A DNA stretch of 63,911 bases, filler included, from Octopus bimaculoides (lineage: Eukaryota), in NCBI RefSeq assembly GCF_001194135.2. It is 5 parts of 5 records of this genome, joined end to end, with 100 filler letters (N's around TTAATTAATTAA, not from the genome) between each part and the next. Parts side by side here need not be neighbours in the genome. Positions count along the whole stretch, not along the records: positions 45,785 to 54,430 come from NC_068982.1; positions 54,531 to 61,029 come from NC_069000.1; positions 61,130 to 63,911 come from NC_068987.1; 2 more parts are not named here. One strand, written 5' to 3'. Under the pieces are notes generated by a model. That model was not told the origin of the DNA. It saw only the letters and a program-made list of their open reading frames with translations, and ran no database searches. This document shows positions 51,151 through 63,911 of this stretch, one piece after another (positions within the stretch are counted from its first letter, which is position 1; every line of letters begins with the position of its first letter). The translations under genes were made by a program, and so were the position numbers.

Positions 51151-51792
51151 AAGATGTTTGTAATTTTTAATCAGAACTTAATACATGCACATACACACAC
51201 TCACACACAAACACACAAACACATACACACACACACACAAACACATATACATACACACAGACGTACGCACAAACACACACTTACACACCTACACAAACAC
51301 ACACACATACACACACTTACAGACATACGCGCACACACAAACACACACACCTACACAAACACACACACAAACACACACACCTGCACAAACACACACACAT
51401 ACACACATACACACACAAGAGGAGGAACTCCCCGCATCCTATTGAGTACTTTCTGCTATGACAAAAAATATCGGAAACTTGATTCCAGTTGGTGGTTCTT
51501 CTGCTCGATCGAGGGACTCGCGTCGAACAAAATGCCTTGTGGTATTTGCTTGCAGCTATTTGCGTTCTCATTTTAAATTTCCTCCTCCTACCCTTCCAAA
51601 AACCTTGCCTTTCATCACCTCGAGGTCGATAACATAAAGCACCAGTCAGGTATTAAGATCGATATAATTGGGCACCTTTCCCGAATTTGAAGTGTTGTAT
51701 CTCTGTGAGACACACAAATACTCACACACACACACACACACACAGACACACACACACACAAACACGCACACGCACACACATACACAAATACT

Positions 51793-51830
<38 letters not shown>

Positions 51831-52522
51831 TACGTTCATAAAGTTTTCATCATTTCCTTTCTTCCTGTCAGATTTATTTTATTTTTTTTCTCTTCAGCAA
51901 TCTCCATTTATCTCTCTTTCCTTTCGCTCGTTCAATTATCANNNNNNNNNNNNNNNNNNNNNNNNNNNNNNNNNNNNNNNNNNNNNNNNNNNNNNNNNNN
52001 NNNNNNNNNNNNNNNNNNNNNNNNNNNNNNNNNNNNNNNNNNNNNNNNNNNNNNNNNNNNNNNNNNNNNNNNNNNNNNNNNNNNNNNNNNNNNNNNNNNN
52101 NNNNNNNNNNNNNNNNNNNNNNNNNNNNNNNNNNNNNNNNNNNNNNNNNNNNNNNNNNNNNNNNNNNNNNNNNNNNNNNNNNNNNNNNNNNNNNNNNNNN
52201 NNNNNNNNTATCTACTATATACTATGGTGCTTGTGTGGATGTCACGGCAGGAATAAAAAGAAAACAACAACAACAACAGAATACAAGAGAAAAACAACAT
52301 GAAAAACAAAAAAAAGAAAAAGGCACGCGTCTGTCACTGCAGCTTGAAGCCACAAAAACTCTCCTTCACACACAGACTAACACACATACATGCGAAAATA
52401 CATACGCATTCACACACACAAACTCGTATATACATATAAAGAGACGTTCAAAAGAAGAGCGAAATAAAATTAAACAAATATAAAAATATGTTGTGCTGTG
52501 TGTGCGTGTGTGTGTGCGTGTG

Positions 52523-52609
<87 letters not shown>

Positions 52610-52875
52610 AAGGTGATGTTAGTTCATTAAATTTGCTTTGCTTCCCTTTTACGATGAAGCTGTTCAGTTAATGATAATATTAGCCTGCTGGCCATTAGTA
52701 CCGGTCAGCCAGTTAGTGTATATCTATCCGTCTGTCTGTCTGTCTAGTTCTCTTCATCTTTCCCGCTCTGTGTGTGTGTGTGTGTTTGTCTAGTTCTCTC
52801 CCTATCTCAGACTCTGTTTCTTTGCCTGCCTGTCTGTCGGTCTGTCTATCTGTGTGTCTGTGTGTCTGTCTGTCC

Positions 52876-52936
<61 letters not shown>

Positions 52937-53435
52937 NNNNNNNNNNNNNNNNNNNNNNNNNNNNNNNNNNNNNNNNNNNNNNNNNNNNNNNNNNNNNNNN
53001 NNNNNNNNNNNNNNNNNNNNNNNNNNNNNNNNNNNNNNNNNNNNNNNNNNNNNNNNNNNNNNNNNNNNNNNNNNNNNNNNNNNNNNNNNNNNNNNNNNNN
53101 NNNNNNNNNNNNNNNNNNNNNNNNNNNNNNNNNNNNNNNNNNNNNNNNNNNNNNNNNNNNNNNNNNNNNNNNNNNNNNNNNNNNNNNNNNNNNNNNNNNN
53201 NNNNNNNNNNNNNNNNNNNNNNNNNNNNNNNNNNNNNNNNNNNNNNNNNNNNNNNNNNNNNNNNNNNNNNNNNNNNNNNNNNNNNNNNNNNNNNNNNNNN
53301 NNNNNNNNNNNNNNNNNNNNNNNNNNNNNNNNNNNNNNNNNNNNNNNNNNNNNNNNNNNNNNNNNNNNNNNNNNNNNNNNNNNNNNNNNNNNNNNNNNNN
53401 NNNNNNNNNNNNNNNNNNNNNNNNNNNNNNNNNNN

Positions 53436-53496
<61 letters not shown>

Positions 53497-53917
53497 ACAC
53501 GTTCACTCTGTCTTTCTCTGTCTCCCAGTGTCTTTCTGTCTCTTTTTCAGTCTGTCTGTCTGTCTCTCTCTTTACCTACTTACCTACCTACCTACAGACA
53601 CATACGCATACATTCACACACGCATCTATCAGTCATCTGTCTTTTGAGTTGCAGTTTCGTCACACCGTTAGAAACGAACAATAAGGGGCAGAGATTAAGC
53701 TTTAGCTTAGCTAAGTAGCAATGGCCGCCATATACAACAACATACATAAATTTGCTGTCATTGTCCATTAACTTTGTTGTTTCTTGAGGATTGCTTTGTT
53801 ATTTAGTTTATTGATACGGCTTGCTCATTGCTGTCGTTTATTTCATCATTTACTATGACTGCAACCATTGTTCTCTTTTTTCCTATTATCATATTCATTC
53901 AGTTATTTTCTTTAAAC

Positions 53918-54238
53918 TAGGGCTTCTCAACCACTTTTTATCTATGGACGCTTTCGATTACTATTTTATGCTGGTGGGTCTCCATAACCATTCAATGTTT
54001 AAAAACTAGTTTTATAGAAACTTCTTTCAAATGTCTTATTTTGTTATTCACACATTGACTTGTGTAGAGTGAACCATGTAAAATGTTAGAGAAAGAAATC
54101 TATCTGCTTCTGGCAATACATACCAATACATACATCGAAAGCAAAATTTTTTCAGGGTCCCTTAAAATACCATTGTGGATCCCTAAAAGTCTTATATGGA
54201 TCCTCGGGGTCCATATGGACCCCAGTTGAGAACGACTA
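53918..54238. mobile_element. hAT (Charlie/Buster-like) MITE, 321 bp
   Basis: TIRs tagggcttctcaac / gttgagaacgacta (11/14 match); 8-bp TSD ctttaaac (53910-53917, 54239-54246). Confidence 0.88.
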
Positions 54239-54366
54239 CTTTAAACGATTCAGCCATGCGGCTGCGGTTAATTATTTTTAACGTCCTGTACCCGGATATG
54301 CATCTATATATACATGTAGATGTAGGTATGTACATATATGTATGTATACATGCTCATATATCATTT

Positions 54367-54430
<64 letters not shown>

Positions 54431-54530
54431 NNNNNNNNNNNNNNNNNNNNNNNNNNNNNNNNNNNNNNNNNNNNTTAATTAATTAANNNNNNNNNNNNNN
54501 NNNNNNNNNNNNNNNNNNNNNNNNNNNNNN

Positions 54531-54625
54531 CGAGAGTAGAAGACACTTGCACAAGGTATCACGTAGTGGGATTGAACCTGGAACCATGTGGTTGGTAAGC
54601 AAACTACTTACCACACAGCCATATA
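54531..54625 (-). mobile_element. SINE family A head
   Basis: agacacttgc...gggattgaacctggaaccatgtggttggtaagcaaactacttaccacacagcca. Confidence 0.8.
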
Positions 54626-56241
54626 TTGCATCTCACGGAATTTTGTCAGTGATCAGGTCACCGTCTCAAAGCGACGAAAATATTTTGGCAAATTAAATCT
54701 AAATGTCGAAGTGAATCTAACGGTTTTTTGTCGACCATAGAACACATCCGTGGCACACTTGTATGACACGCCCCCACCCATTGTCACCCCCTAATCGACG
54801 TGGTCACTCAGTTTGCTAAAGATAGCTGCACAATTCTCTTCAAATCACAAGTTATTGTCTTCAAAGATGGAAGACACAAAAAATAATGTAGTCCAAGATA
54901 CACATATATAGAAAAGCTGCTCGCGATAGGAATACAGAGTTTTACGTTTTAACACATTGACAAATCGATATCGTAGTTCGAGGTATTTCTCCAACAAAGT
55001 GGAAGAGTCACAGTTGGAATTCCGCTTTGCTCAATGAAGCATAACCTATGGCTAAACAGCTCATAGAAGCATCTTGGAAATCGTTATATCTCCGTCCACT
55101 TGCGTCAGCAACGTGATGCACAAATGTTGACATTCCTACACAGTGACCTTTAAAGATGACCTCTGCTGTCTCATACATTACCGTTTGACGACACCATAGT
55201 AAACTTTCAACGAAAATTTTCTAACCTACACACACACANNNNNNNNNNNNNNNNNNNNNNNNNNNNNNNNNNNNNNNNNNNNNNNNNNNNNNNNNNNNNN
55301 NNNNNNNNNNNNNNNNNNNNNNNNNNNNNNNNNNNNNNNNNNNNNNNNNNNNNNNNNNNNNNNNNNNNNNNNNNNNNNNNNNNNNNNNNNNNNNNNNNNN
55401 NNNNNNNNNNNNNNNNNNNNNNNNNNNNNNNNNNNNNNNNNNNNNNNNNNNNNNNNNNNNNNNNNNNNNNNNNNNNNNNNNNNNNNNNNNNNNNNNNNNN
55501 NNNNNNNNNNNNNNNNNNNNNNNNNNNNNNNNNNNNNNNNNNNNNNNNNNNNNNNNNNNNNNNNNNNNNNNNNNNNNNNNNNNNNNNNNNNNNNNNNNNN
55601 NNNNNNNNNNNNNNNNNNNNNNNNNNNNNNNNNNNNNNNNNNNNNNNNNNNNNNNNNNNNNNNNNNNNNNNNNNNNNNNNNNNNNNNNNNNNNNNNNNNN
55701 NNNNNNNNNNNNNNNNNNNNNNNNNNNNNNNNNNNNNNNNNNNNNNNNNNNNNNNNNNNNNNNNNNNNNNNNNNNNNNNNNNNNNNNNNNNNNNNNNNNN
55801 NNNNNNNNNNNNNNNNNNNNNNNNNNNNNNNNNNNNNNNNNNNNNNNNNNNNNNNNNNNNNNNNNNNNNNNNNNNNNNNNNNNNNNNNNNNNNNNNNNNN
55901 NNNNNNNNNNNNNNNNNNNNNNNNNNNNNNNNNNNNNNNNNNNNNNNNNNNNNNNNNNNNNNNNNNNNNNNNNNNNNNNNNNNNNNNNNNNNNNNNNNNN
56001 NNNNNNNNNNNNNNNNNNNNNNNNNNNNNNNNNNNNNNNNNNNNNNNNNNNNNNNNNNNNNNNNNNNNNNNNNNNNNNNNNNNNNNNNNNNNNNNNNNNN
56101 NNNNNNNNNNNNNNNNNNNNNNNNNNNNNNNNNNNNNNNNNNNNNNNNNNNNNNNNNNNNNNNNNNNNNNNNNNNNNNNNNNNNNNNNNNNNNNNNNNNN
56201 NNNNNNNNNNNNNNNNNNACATACGCCTCGAAAGTTTAGTC

Positions 56242-56519
56242 CAGTGGTTCCCAAAGTTTTTCGGGCTGCCGCCCCCTTGATACCCAGGTCACGTTCCAAG
56301 CGCCCCCACCTCAACTAACCATCACAAACACAGACCTCTTTCTGAAGCAAATTCAAAGCAACAGTATTTCACAAATAAAACTTAACGTAATGGACCCATT
56401 ATTTCGTTGTTTTTACATGAATCGTTACCCCATTGTCGCCTCACTTTTCTTCAACGCCCCTAGGAAGTTTCCACCGCTCCCCACCAGGGGTGCAATACCG
56501 TCCACTTTGGGAAACACTG
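56242..56519. mobile_element. hAT MITE, 278 bp, inserted into a SINE
   Basis: TIRs cagtggttcccaaagt / actttgggaaacactg (15/16 match); 8-bp TSD gtttagtc (56234-56241, 56520-56527). Confidence 0.92.
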
Positions 56520-56658
56520 GTTTAGTCAAACAAATAGACCCAGAACTTATTTTTAAATCTGGGACTTACTGTATCGGCTTCATTTACCGAACCGCTACCT
56601 CACAGGATGTAAGTAACCCAACACTTGTTGTCAAGAGGCAGTAGAGTGGTTAAACCTA

Positions 56659-56708
<50 letters not shown>

Positions 56709-56880
56709 CGACGGGCTTCCAGTCAGTTTCCGTCTACCAAATTCTTTCACAAGGCATTGGTCGGCGTGGAGGCTATAGTTGAAGACACTTGCCCAAGGTG
56801 CCGCACAGTGGCACTTGAACCTGAAACCACGTGACTGTAAAGCGAGTTTCTTACTACACAATCATACACACGCCTATACA
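56520..56880 (-). mobile_element. SINE family A interrupted near its 3' end by the hAT MITE
   Basis: Core gaagacacttgcccaaggtgccgcacagtgg and internal (CA)n. Confidence 0.8.
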
Positions 56881-57022
56881 CATAAAAAAAAGAAAAAGAA
56901 AAAAGAAAAGAAAACACAACACAACACATTGACTCGATAAGAGCAATGACTATTGACAATGCCAATAAATAAATAGATGAATAAATAAATAAATAGATAA
57001 ATAGATAAATAAGTAAATAAAT

Positions 57023-57083
<61 letters not shown>

Positions 57084-58218
57084 AAGGTTTGTGATTTTAA
57101 TCGGTTTGCAAATCTTAATCTATGTAGATCAAACATGGTTGTTTAACTTGAAAGCGGGTAAGGTAGGAAAAGAAAGAACAAAACAGTGATACGTGACTGG
57201 AAGAATTACATATTTCTTACCGTTTATTTCTTCCATAACCTTCTGAAAGTCTATTTCCCTTTGATTCATATCCTTTCAATGTTTGCTTCCCTTACCTGTG
57301 AGAGCTGAGNNNNNNNNNNNNNNNNNNNNNNNNNNNNNNNNNNNNNNNNNNNNNNNNNNNNNNNNNNNNNNNNNNNNNNNNNNNNNNNNNNNNNNNNNNN
57401 NNNNNNNNNNNNNNNNNNNNNNNNNNNNNNNNNNNNNNNNNNNNNNNNNNNNNNNNNNNNNNNNNNNNNNNNNNNNNNNNNNNNNNNNNNNNNNNNNNNN
57501 NNNNNNNNNNNNNNNNNNNNNNNNNNNNNNNNNNNNNNNNNNNNNNNNNNNNNNNNNNNNNNNNNNNNNNNNNNNNNNNNNNNNNNNNNNNNNNNNNNNN
57601 NNNNNNNNNNNNNNNNNNNNNNNNNNNNNNNNNNNNNNNNNNNNNNNNNNNNNNNNNNNNNNNNNNNNNNNNNNNNNNNNNNNNNNNNNNNNNNNNNNNN
57701 NNNNNNNNNNNNNNNNNNNNNNNNNNNNNNNNNNNNNNNNNNNNNNNNNNNNNNNNNNNNNNNNNNNNNNNNNNNNNNNNNNNNNNNNNNNNNNNNNNNN
57801 NNNNNNNNNNNNNNNNNNNNNNNNNNNNNNNNNNNNNNNNNNNNNNNNNNNNNNNNNNNNNNNNNNNNNNNNNNNNNNNNNNNNNNNNNNNNNNNNNNNN
57901 NNNNNNNNNNNNNNNNNNNNNNNNNNNNNNNNNNNNNNNNNNNNNNNNNNNNNNNNNNNNNNNNNNNNNNNNNNNNNNNNNNNNNNNNNNNNNNNNNNNN
58001 NNNNNNNNNNNNNNNNNNNNNNNNNNNNNNNNNNNNNNNNNNNNNNNNNNNNNNNNNNNNNNNNNNNNNNNNNNNNNNNNNNNNNNNNNNNNNNNNNNNN
58101 NNNNNNNNNNNNNNNNNNNNNNNNNNNNNNNNNNNNNNNNNNNNNNNNNNNNNNNNNNNNNNNNNNNNNNNNNNNNNNNNNNNNNNNNNNNNNNNNNNNN
58201 NNNNNNNNNNNNNNNNNN

Positions 58219-58590
58219 ATTTGTTAAACCGAGCGACGGATTAAATTTGGTAAACCGGGTGACGGATTAAATTTGGTAAACCGGGTGACAGATTAAGTTT
58301 GTTAAACCGGGCGACAGATTAAGTGTTTTAAACCGGGCGACAGATTAAATTTGTTAAACCGAGCGACGGATTAAATTTGGTAAACCGAGCGACGGATTAA
58401 ATTTGGTTAATCGGACGACAGATTAGGTTTGTTAAACCGGGCGACAGATTAGGTTTGTGAAACCGGGCAACAGATTAAATTTGGTTAACCGGGCGACAGA
58501 TTAGGTTTGTTAAACTGGGCGACAGATTAAGTTTGTTAAACCGGACGATAGACTAAGTTTGTTGAATAGGGCGACAGATTAAGTTTGTTT
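58219..58590. repeat. 26-bp minisatellite, about 14 visible copies, extending from a gap
   Basis: Unit approximately tttgttaaaccgggcgacagattaa(a/g). Confidence 0.92.
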
Positions 58591-58756
58591 GGATGACACG
58601 CATTTTTGATGGTGGTGGATAAACCATTAGCTACCTAAATTGGTAAGCAACATCAACAAGAACAAGAACAACATCGGTCATGGCAACAAGAATGGTAAGA
58701 ACAAGTATCAAAAGAAGATACCCAGTCTTCATATAACGAACATAAAAGTGGCTTAC

Positions 58757-59024
58757 CTGGATGGGAATATTTTCATCATGAGGGATGTGATTGGTTGACA
58801 TAGTGTCATGTGACCTTTTACTGGCTTTGACACAACAACACCAACATCAACAACAATAACAACACCACCAAACACCAAAACCAATGCTAGCACCTTTATG
58901 GGCAATACTAACACTTCGGATAATACCTTTACGGCATGAAGATTCAAAGGAAATCCAAAATAAATAACGGAATTGTTGATTTGCTGTAAGGGATTGAAAT
59001 CCAACGTTTCGGAAATTTGTTCTT
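58757..59024 (-). CDS. Speculative 5' exon: UTR plus MMKIFPS(R), ATG at 58779
   Basis: Strong donor CCAG|GTAAGC, acceptor tcttaatctttgaag|. A second donor AAG|GTAAGA at 59100 would define a 76-nt upstream intron. Confidence 0.25.
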
Positions 59025-60348
59025 CTTCAAAGATTAAGAATATAGAGGTTAATACCAAAATTGCAGAAAGGCAAACGATTCCTTAGATTCCGGATCTTAC
59101 CTTATCTTTGTAACCGTCATATTTTGTTTTTGTCTTTCGCTGTTATTGTTGTTGTTATTGTTGTTGTCTAGCTTTAAGCCAATCCTGAATAAGCAGACCT
59201 ATGATCAAAGGCATTCCAAACATGACCATCCTGCCTTAAATAATGTGGTGTTCTTTTTCCCACTTTCTATTTTTTAAGCTGGTAGACTGTTATTTAACGA
59301 ACAGTCTTAGCTGCTGTTTCTAGCAGACCAAATAACCCGAACACTCTCTTGTCGTAATAATCGTTGGTGTTATTGCTCCGGTTATTATTATTACGGATGT
59401 TGGTGTTGTTGATAATGTTGGTGTTGTTGATAATGTTGGTGTCATATTAAAGTGCTTCGTTCCTTGGTTTGAATTCGTTCTGGTTTCCAATTTTCTCTTC
59501 GAAAGTAGAAACCGGTTACGAAGACTTGAGAAGTACCGGGTAACATTCGAGGAATACGGAATAAAAAGTTGAGTGAGTTCTAGGTAAGTTCCTTTGCGCA
59601 TGTGTGTCTCTGTGTGTGTGTTTTACACGTGACTGTAGTATTTACATTCCGTGTCCCTACAAACAGGGTCCTTATACTCGAACACTTACATCAGAAAGAG
59701 ACAGAAAAGACAGAGAGGCAGAGACAGAGAGAATGAGTGGGGGCAAAAAGAAAGAAAGTAAAAGAGAAAGAGAGAGAAAGAGAGAGAGAGAGGGGGGGGA
59801 GAAGGAGAGATAGAGGAGGAAGAAAGAGCCGAGTGAAAGGGAAATTCAAGAAACGGTGTTTTACTCTGTTAAGTGTTCGACTTACGAAGACAAAATGTTT
59901 TTTTTTCACGACAGGTGAGACAAATATGGACTTAATGTTATTGGTTACCTTACTGAAGTACNNNNNNNNNNNNNNNNNNNNNNNNNNNNNNNNNNNNNNN
60001 NNNNNNNNNNNNNNNNNNNNNNNNNNNNNNNNNNNNNNNNNNNNNNNNNNNNNNNNNNNNNNNNNNNNNNNNNNNNNNNNNNNNNNNNNNNNNNNNNNNN
60101 NNNNNNNNNNNNNNNNNNNNNNNNNNNNNNNNNNNNNNNNNNNNNNNNNNNNNNNNNNNNNNNNNNNNNNNNNNNNNNNNNNNNNNNNNNNNNNNNNNNN
60201 NNNNNNNNNNNNNNNNNNNNNNNNNNNNNNNNNNNNNNNNNNNNNNNNNNNNNNNNNNNNNNNNNNNNNNNNNNNNNNNNNNNNNNNNNNNNNNNNNNNN
60301 NNNNNNNNNNNNNNNNNNNNNNNNNNNNNNNNNNNNNNNNNNNNNNNG

Positions 60349-60900
60349 GTGGTGGTAGGGGGTGGTTGGTAACGAGGATTAGTGATAGCGGTGGTGGTAG
60401 TGGTAGGAGGATGGTGGTGGCGGCGGCGGTGGTGGTGGTGGTCTTTTGACTGGTGGAACTGGAGGCGGTGTTAGGTGGCGATGGTGGTAGTGGAGGTGGT
60501 GGTCAATACTCTGGTTAGTTATGGTGGTGACGATGGCAGCGGTGGTGCTGCAGATGGTGGCGGTCGGTGGTGGTATTCATAGTTGACAGTGGTTGCTCTT
60601 GTTGTAGTAGTTGTTGTAGTTGCGGTAGTGGTATGGTGGTGATGGTAGTGGTATGGTGGTTGGAGTAGAAGTGGACATTGTCTGTGCTAATGATGAAGAT
60701 GAATTTTAATTGCTGTCGTGTTTAATGATGACAATAACGATGCTGATGATGATGATGATGATGATGGTGGCGGTGATGGTGGTAGTGGTAGTGGTGGTGG
60801 TGATGGTAGTTCTGATGGTGGCGGTGGCGGCGACAGTGGTGGTTTTTTTTCCCCCCTTTATATAAATGGCGATTTGTGACAATGAAGTTAGAGGTGAGGG

Positions 60901-60933
<33 letters not shown>

Positions 60934-60934
60934 C

Positions 60935-60966
<32 letters not shown>

Positions 60967-60990
60967 CGACGATGACGACAACGACGGTAA
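60349..60990. repeat. (GGT)n/(GAT)n low-complexity tract
   Basis: Seen directly; complementary (CAC/CAA)n tracts at 4930-5225, 13200-13560 and 35110-35450. Confidence 0.9.
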
Positions 60991-61129
60991 AAGCAGTAAC
61001 GGTGACACGAGGAGATTGTGTTATGTTGTNNNNNNNNNNNNNNNNNNNNNNNNNNNNNNNNNNNNNNNNNNNNTTAATTAATTAANNNNNNNNNNNNNNN
61101 NNNNNNNNNNNNNNNNNNNNNNNNNNNNN

Positions 61130-61184
<55 letters not shown>

Positions 61185-61529
61185 CAAATTTTATATATAT
61201 ATATATTGATAAGGTTGCAAGATGCAACGAAAATTTTAGGAAAATAAAAAGAAAAATAAGTGGAAATTTTATCGGTGAGTGTGTTAAATTTTAAGGCACA
61301 GTAAGAAAATGACTCTCCCCAGACACAACAGAATATATATATACCAAACCTTCACACACATATATGTTAAAAAAGGAAGATGATGCCCCACATCCTTTGA
61401 GCAGTCACGTACGCTTCCATAATCATTACATATTGGGTTATTTTGTGCATATAAAACTCATGAATACCCATACGATAGTAGAGAAGAGTTATATTAATAA
61501 GTTTTTCCATTTAGTTCCAAATGTAACGC

Positions 61530-61800
61530 CGATAAAATAGATTGCTTGCCAATGCGGTACATACATTAAACACACCAACACTGGTTGTCAAGCTGTGGTG
61601 TTGGGACTGAGACAGAAAATTACACACACAAATATTTATACAACGGGATTCTATCAGTTTCTGTTTACCAAATCCACTTACATGGCTTTGGCCGGCTCGA
61701 AGATATAGATAAATACACTTGACCAAGGTGCACGTTGTGGGACTGAAACCAGAACTATGTGGTTGGAAAGGAAGCCCATTACCGCACAGCAACGCCTGCG
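61530..61800 (-). mobile_element. SINE family A, degenerate
   Basis: aacacaccaacactggttgtcaagc...tcagtttctgtttaccaaatccact...gggactgaaacc. Confidence 0.75.
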
Positions 61801-62810
61801 CCAGCATAATTCTTCAGTATTAACTCCGTTACATGTCGTAATTTTGAACATAGTACATGTAGAAGAAATTTTCATCTCAGACGAAAACAGCAGTAATTTG
61901 ATTTTCAACGGTGTATATACATTAAATATGATACATTGACGGCAATTTTAATTGAATACTGCTTCAATAGCAAACACTGGATTAATAATTTAGCCCAGTA
62001 GCTATCTCACTACCAGTTACTATTTTATTCATTTCCCTGTCTCCGAGGCGACAAATTTAGTCTCGAACGAAAGCTGCAGTAACTTGCTTACCAATGCAAC
62101 ATATACATTAGACATGATCTATAGATGGCAACGGCAATTTAAAACTTTATTCACCTACCTTATCAGTTCAAATTTATTTACTTTGCGCAAAATCTCACAA
62201 AGAACACTTCTAGAATTTCAAAATTCTCGTTTCGTTTTCTTCTTTCAGTTGGATAGATACTTCATAATTCATTTGAAGAAAAGGATTTCGTTATAATTCC
62301 AAAATGTGGCAAAAATCGACCCATTATCCTATATTTCCCAATATTAAACTATTTATATATACATATATATTATGTAAAATTTTCAACAATTTTTACTCAT
62401 TACTTGTAAAGCCTGTGTGACTGAAATATTCTCCTTATTAAATTTTAATTAAATAAATGTATGATACACTCTTACCTTGTAAACCAAATCCGAATCTTTT
62501 ATTGAAGTTTATGGATTTTTATTTTGCTCTAAAAGCAGATATAGTGAAATACAGAAAAGACATACATACGTACTTGATTGCAAACATTTATATATANNNN
62601 NNNNNNNNNNNNNNNNNNNNNNNNNNNNNNNNNNNNNNNNNNNNNNNNNNNNNNNNNNNNNNNNNNNNNNNNNNNNNNNNNNNNNNNNNNNNNNNNNNNN
62701 NNNNNNNNNNNNNNNNNNNNATATATCTTTATGTAACTCTAGCTCTATCCATTCTCTCCTAATATACAATCATATATGGACATATATGTTGTCTACATAC
62801 ATACATACAT

Positions 62811-62861
<51 letters not shown>

Positions 62862-62910
62862 TATATATATATTTGTGTGTGTGTGTGTGAAATATACGAA
62901 CAGAGACGCT

Positions 62911-62945
<35 letters not shown>

Positions 62946-63432
62946 TTATATGCGTGTTCATGTTTATATGTGTGCGTACATAAGACACTCATGTGTGTTT
63001 GCGTATGCACATACAGATTCAAAGGTAGGTTTCAGAAATCACACAGAGGATAATACGAGAGAAAGAGATATTTTTGATAAATTACTTCGTTGCTAAATAA
63101 AAGAAATAGGAATGCGAGGATGTATTATGAACTATTTCAAGAGCATTTCGATAGTACACGAGTGTTTTGTGGTGATGCAGCCCGCCTGTAAGCACTCTCA
63201 GCTGTGAAGCCATATTGTAAGTTATTACGCAAATGGTTTTGAAAATCTCACAAGAGTAGTTTATCAAAAGAGGCTATTGAGTCTATTCCGGTTGGCTCTG
63301 AAGAGCTGCATCCATTTTAAACCCGTATATAACTCATACACACTCGTGTACAGTCACATACACACACGGGACACCTGCCTAAACACGAGAACCCATGTGT
63401 GTTTGTGTGTGCAAATATATACATATATGTAT

Positions 63433-63529
<97 letters not shown>

Positions 63530-63817
63530 NNNNNNNNNNNATATATATATATATATATATATATATGCATATATGATGTGCAAACATATGTGTATATTTC
63601 TTTGTATATATATATGTGTGTGTGTGTATATGTGTGTGAGTCATTGTGCGGTAGAAATTATTGAATAAATGAATTCATAGAGTTGTCTAAACATACCCAT
63701 TGACCGATGATTGGGAACCAGTGAAGTTTATATATATATCTGTTTCTGTCTGTCTGTCTGACTGTCTGTCTGTCCATCCATCCATCTATCCGTCTGTCCG
63801 TCCGTCTGTCTGCCTAT

Positions 63818-63888
<71 letters not shown>

Positions 63889-63911
63889 CCTATCTATCTA
63901 TTGCAACTGGC

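Noticed and set aside
58219-58590. CRISPR-like array (also the 117-bp triplication at 50491)
   Set aside because: Head-to-tail units without unique spacers, no cas genes, eukaryotic context.

Overview
AT-rich eukaryotic draft-assembly window with many N gaps, almost all intronic or intergenic. The repeat families (tRNA-derived CORE-type SINEs, Penelope-like elements, RTE and CR1 LINEs, mariner and hAT elements) and the extreme microsatellite density best fit an octopod (Octopus) genome; this is an inference, not a database match. Nearly all ORF-track entries are microsatellite or N-gap artefacts. Manual reading of the minus strand finds candidate exons that the ORF track misses: 2740-2872, 5268-5466, 9572-9710 and 12225-12325, with weaker ones at 23659-23782 and 58757-59024. 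The 2740-2872 exon encodes a transmembrane helix ending ...TYRYF(R) at a phase-2 intron, like TM1 of family-2 (secretin/adhesion) GPCRs. The exons join in one phase-compatible frame, which is broken by three stops (TAG, TAG, TGA). These could reflect recoding, 5'UTR exons, a pseudogene, or wrong exon choices on my part; this is the most interesting open question in the window. Other notable items: a solo LTR and two hAT MITEs with perfect TSDs, an amplified mariner deletion derivative, a hammerhead-ribozyme-like core, several inverted-repeat structures and an RFX X-box. No rRNA, intact tRNA or CRISPR array was found.
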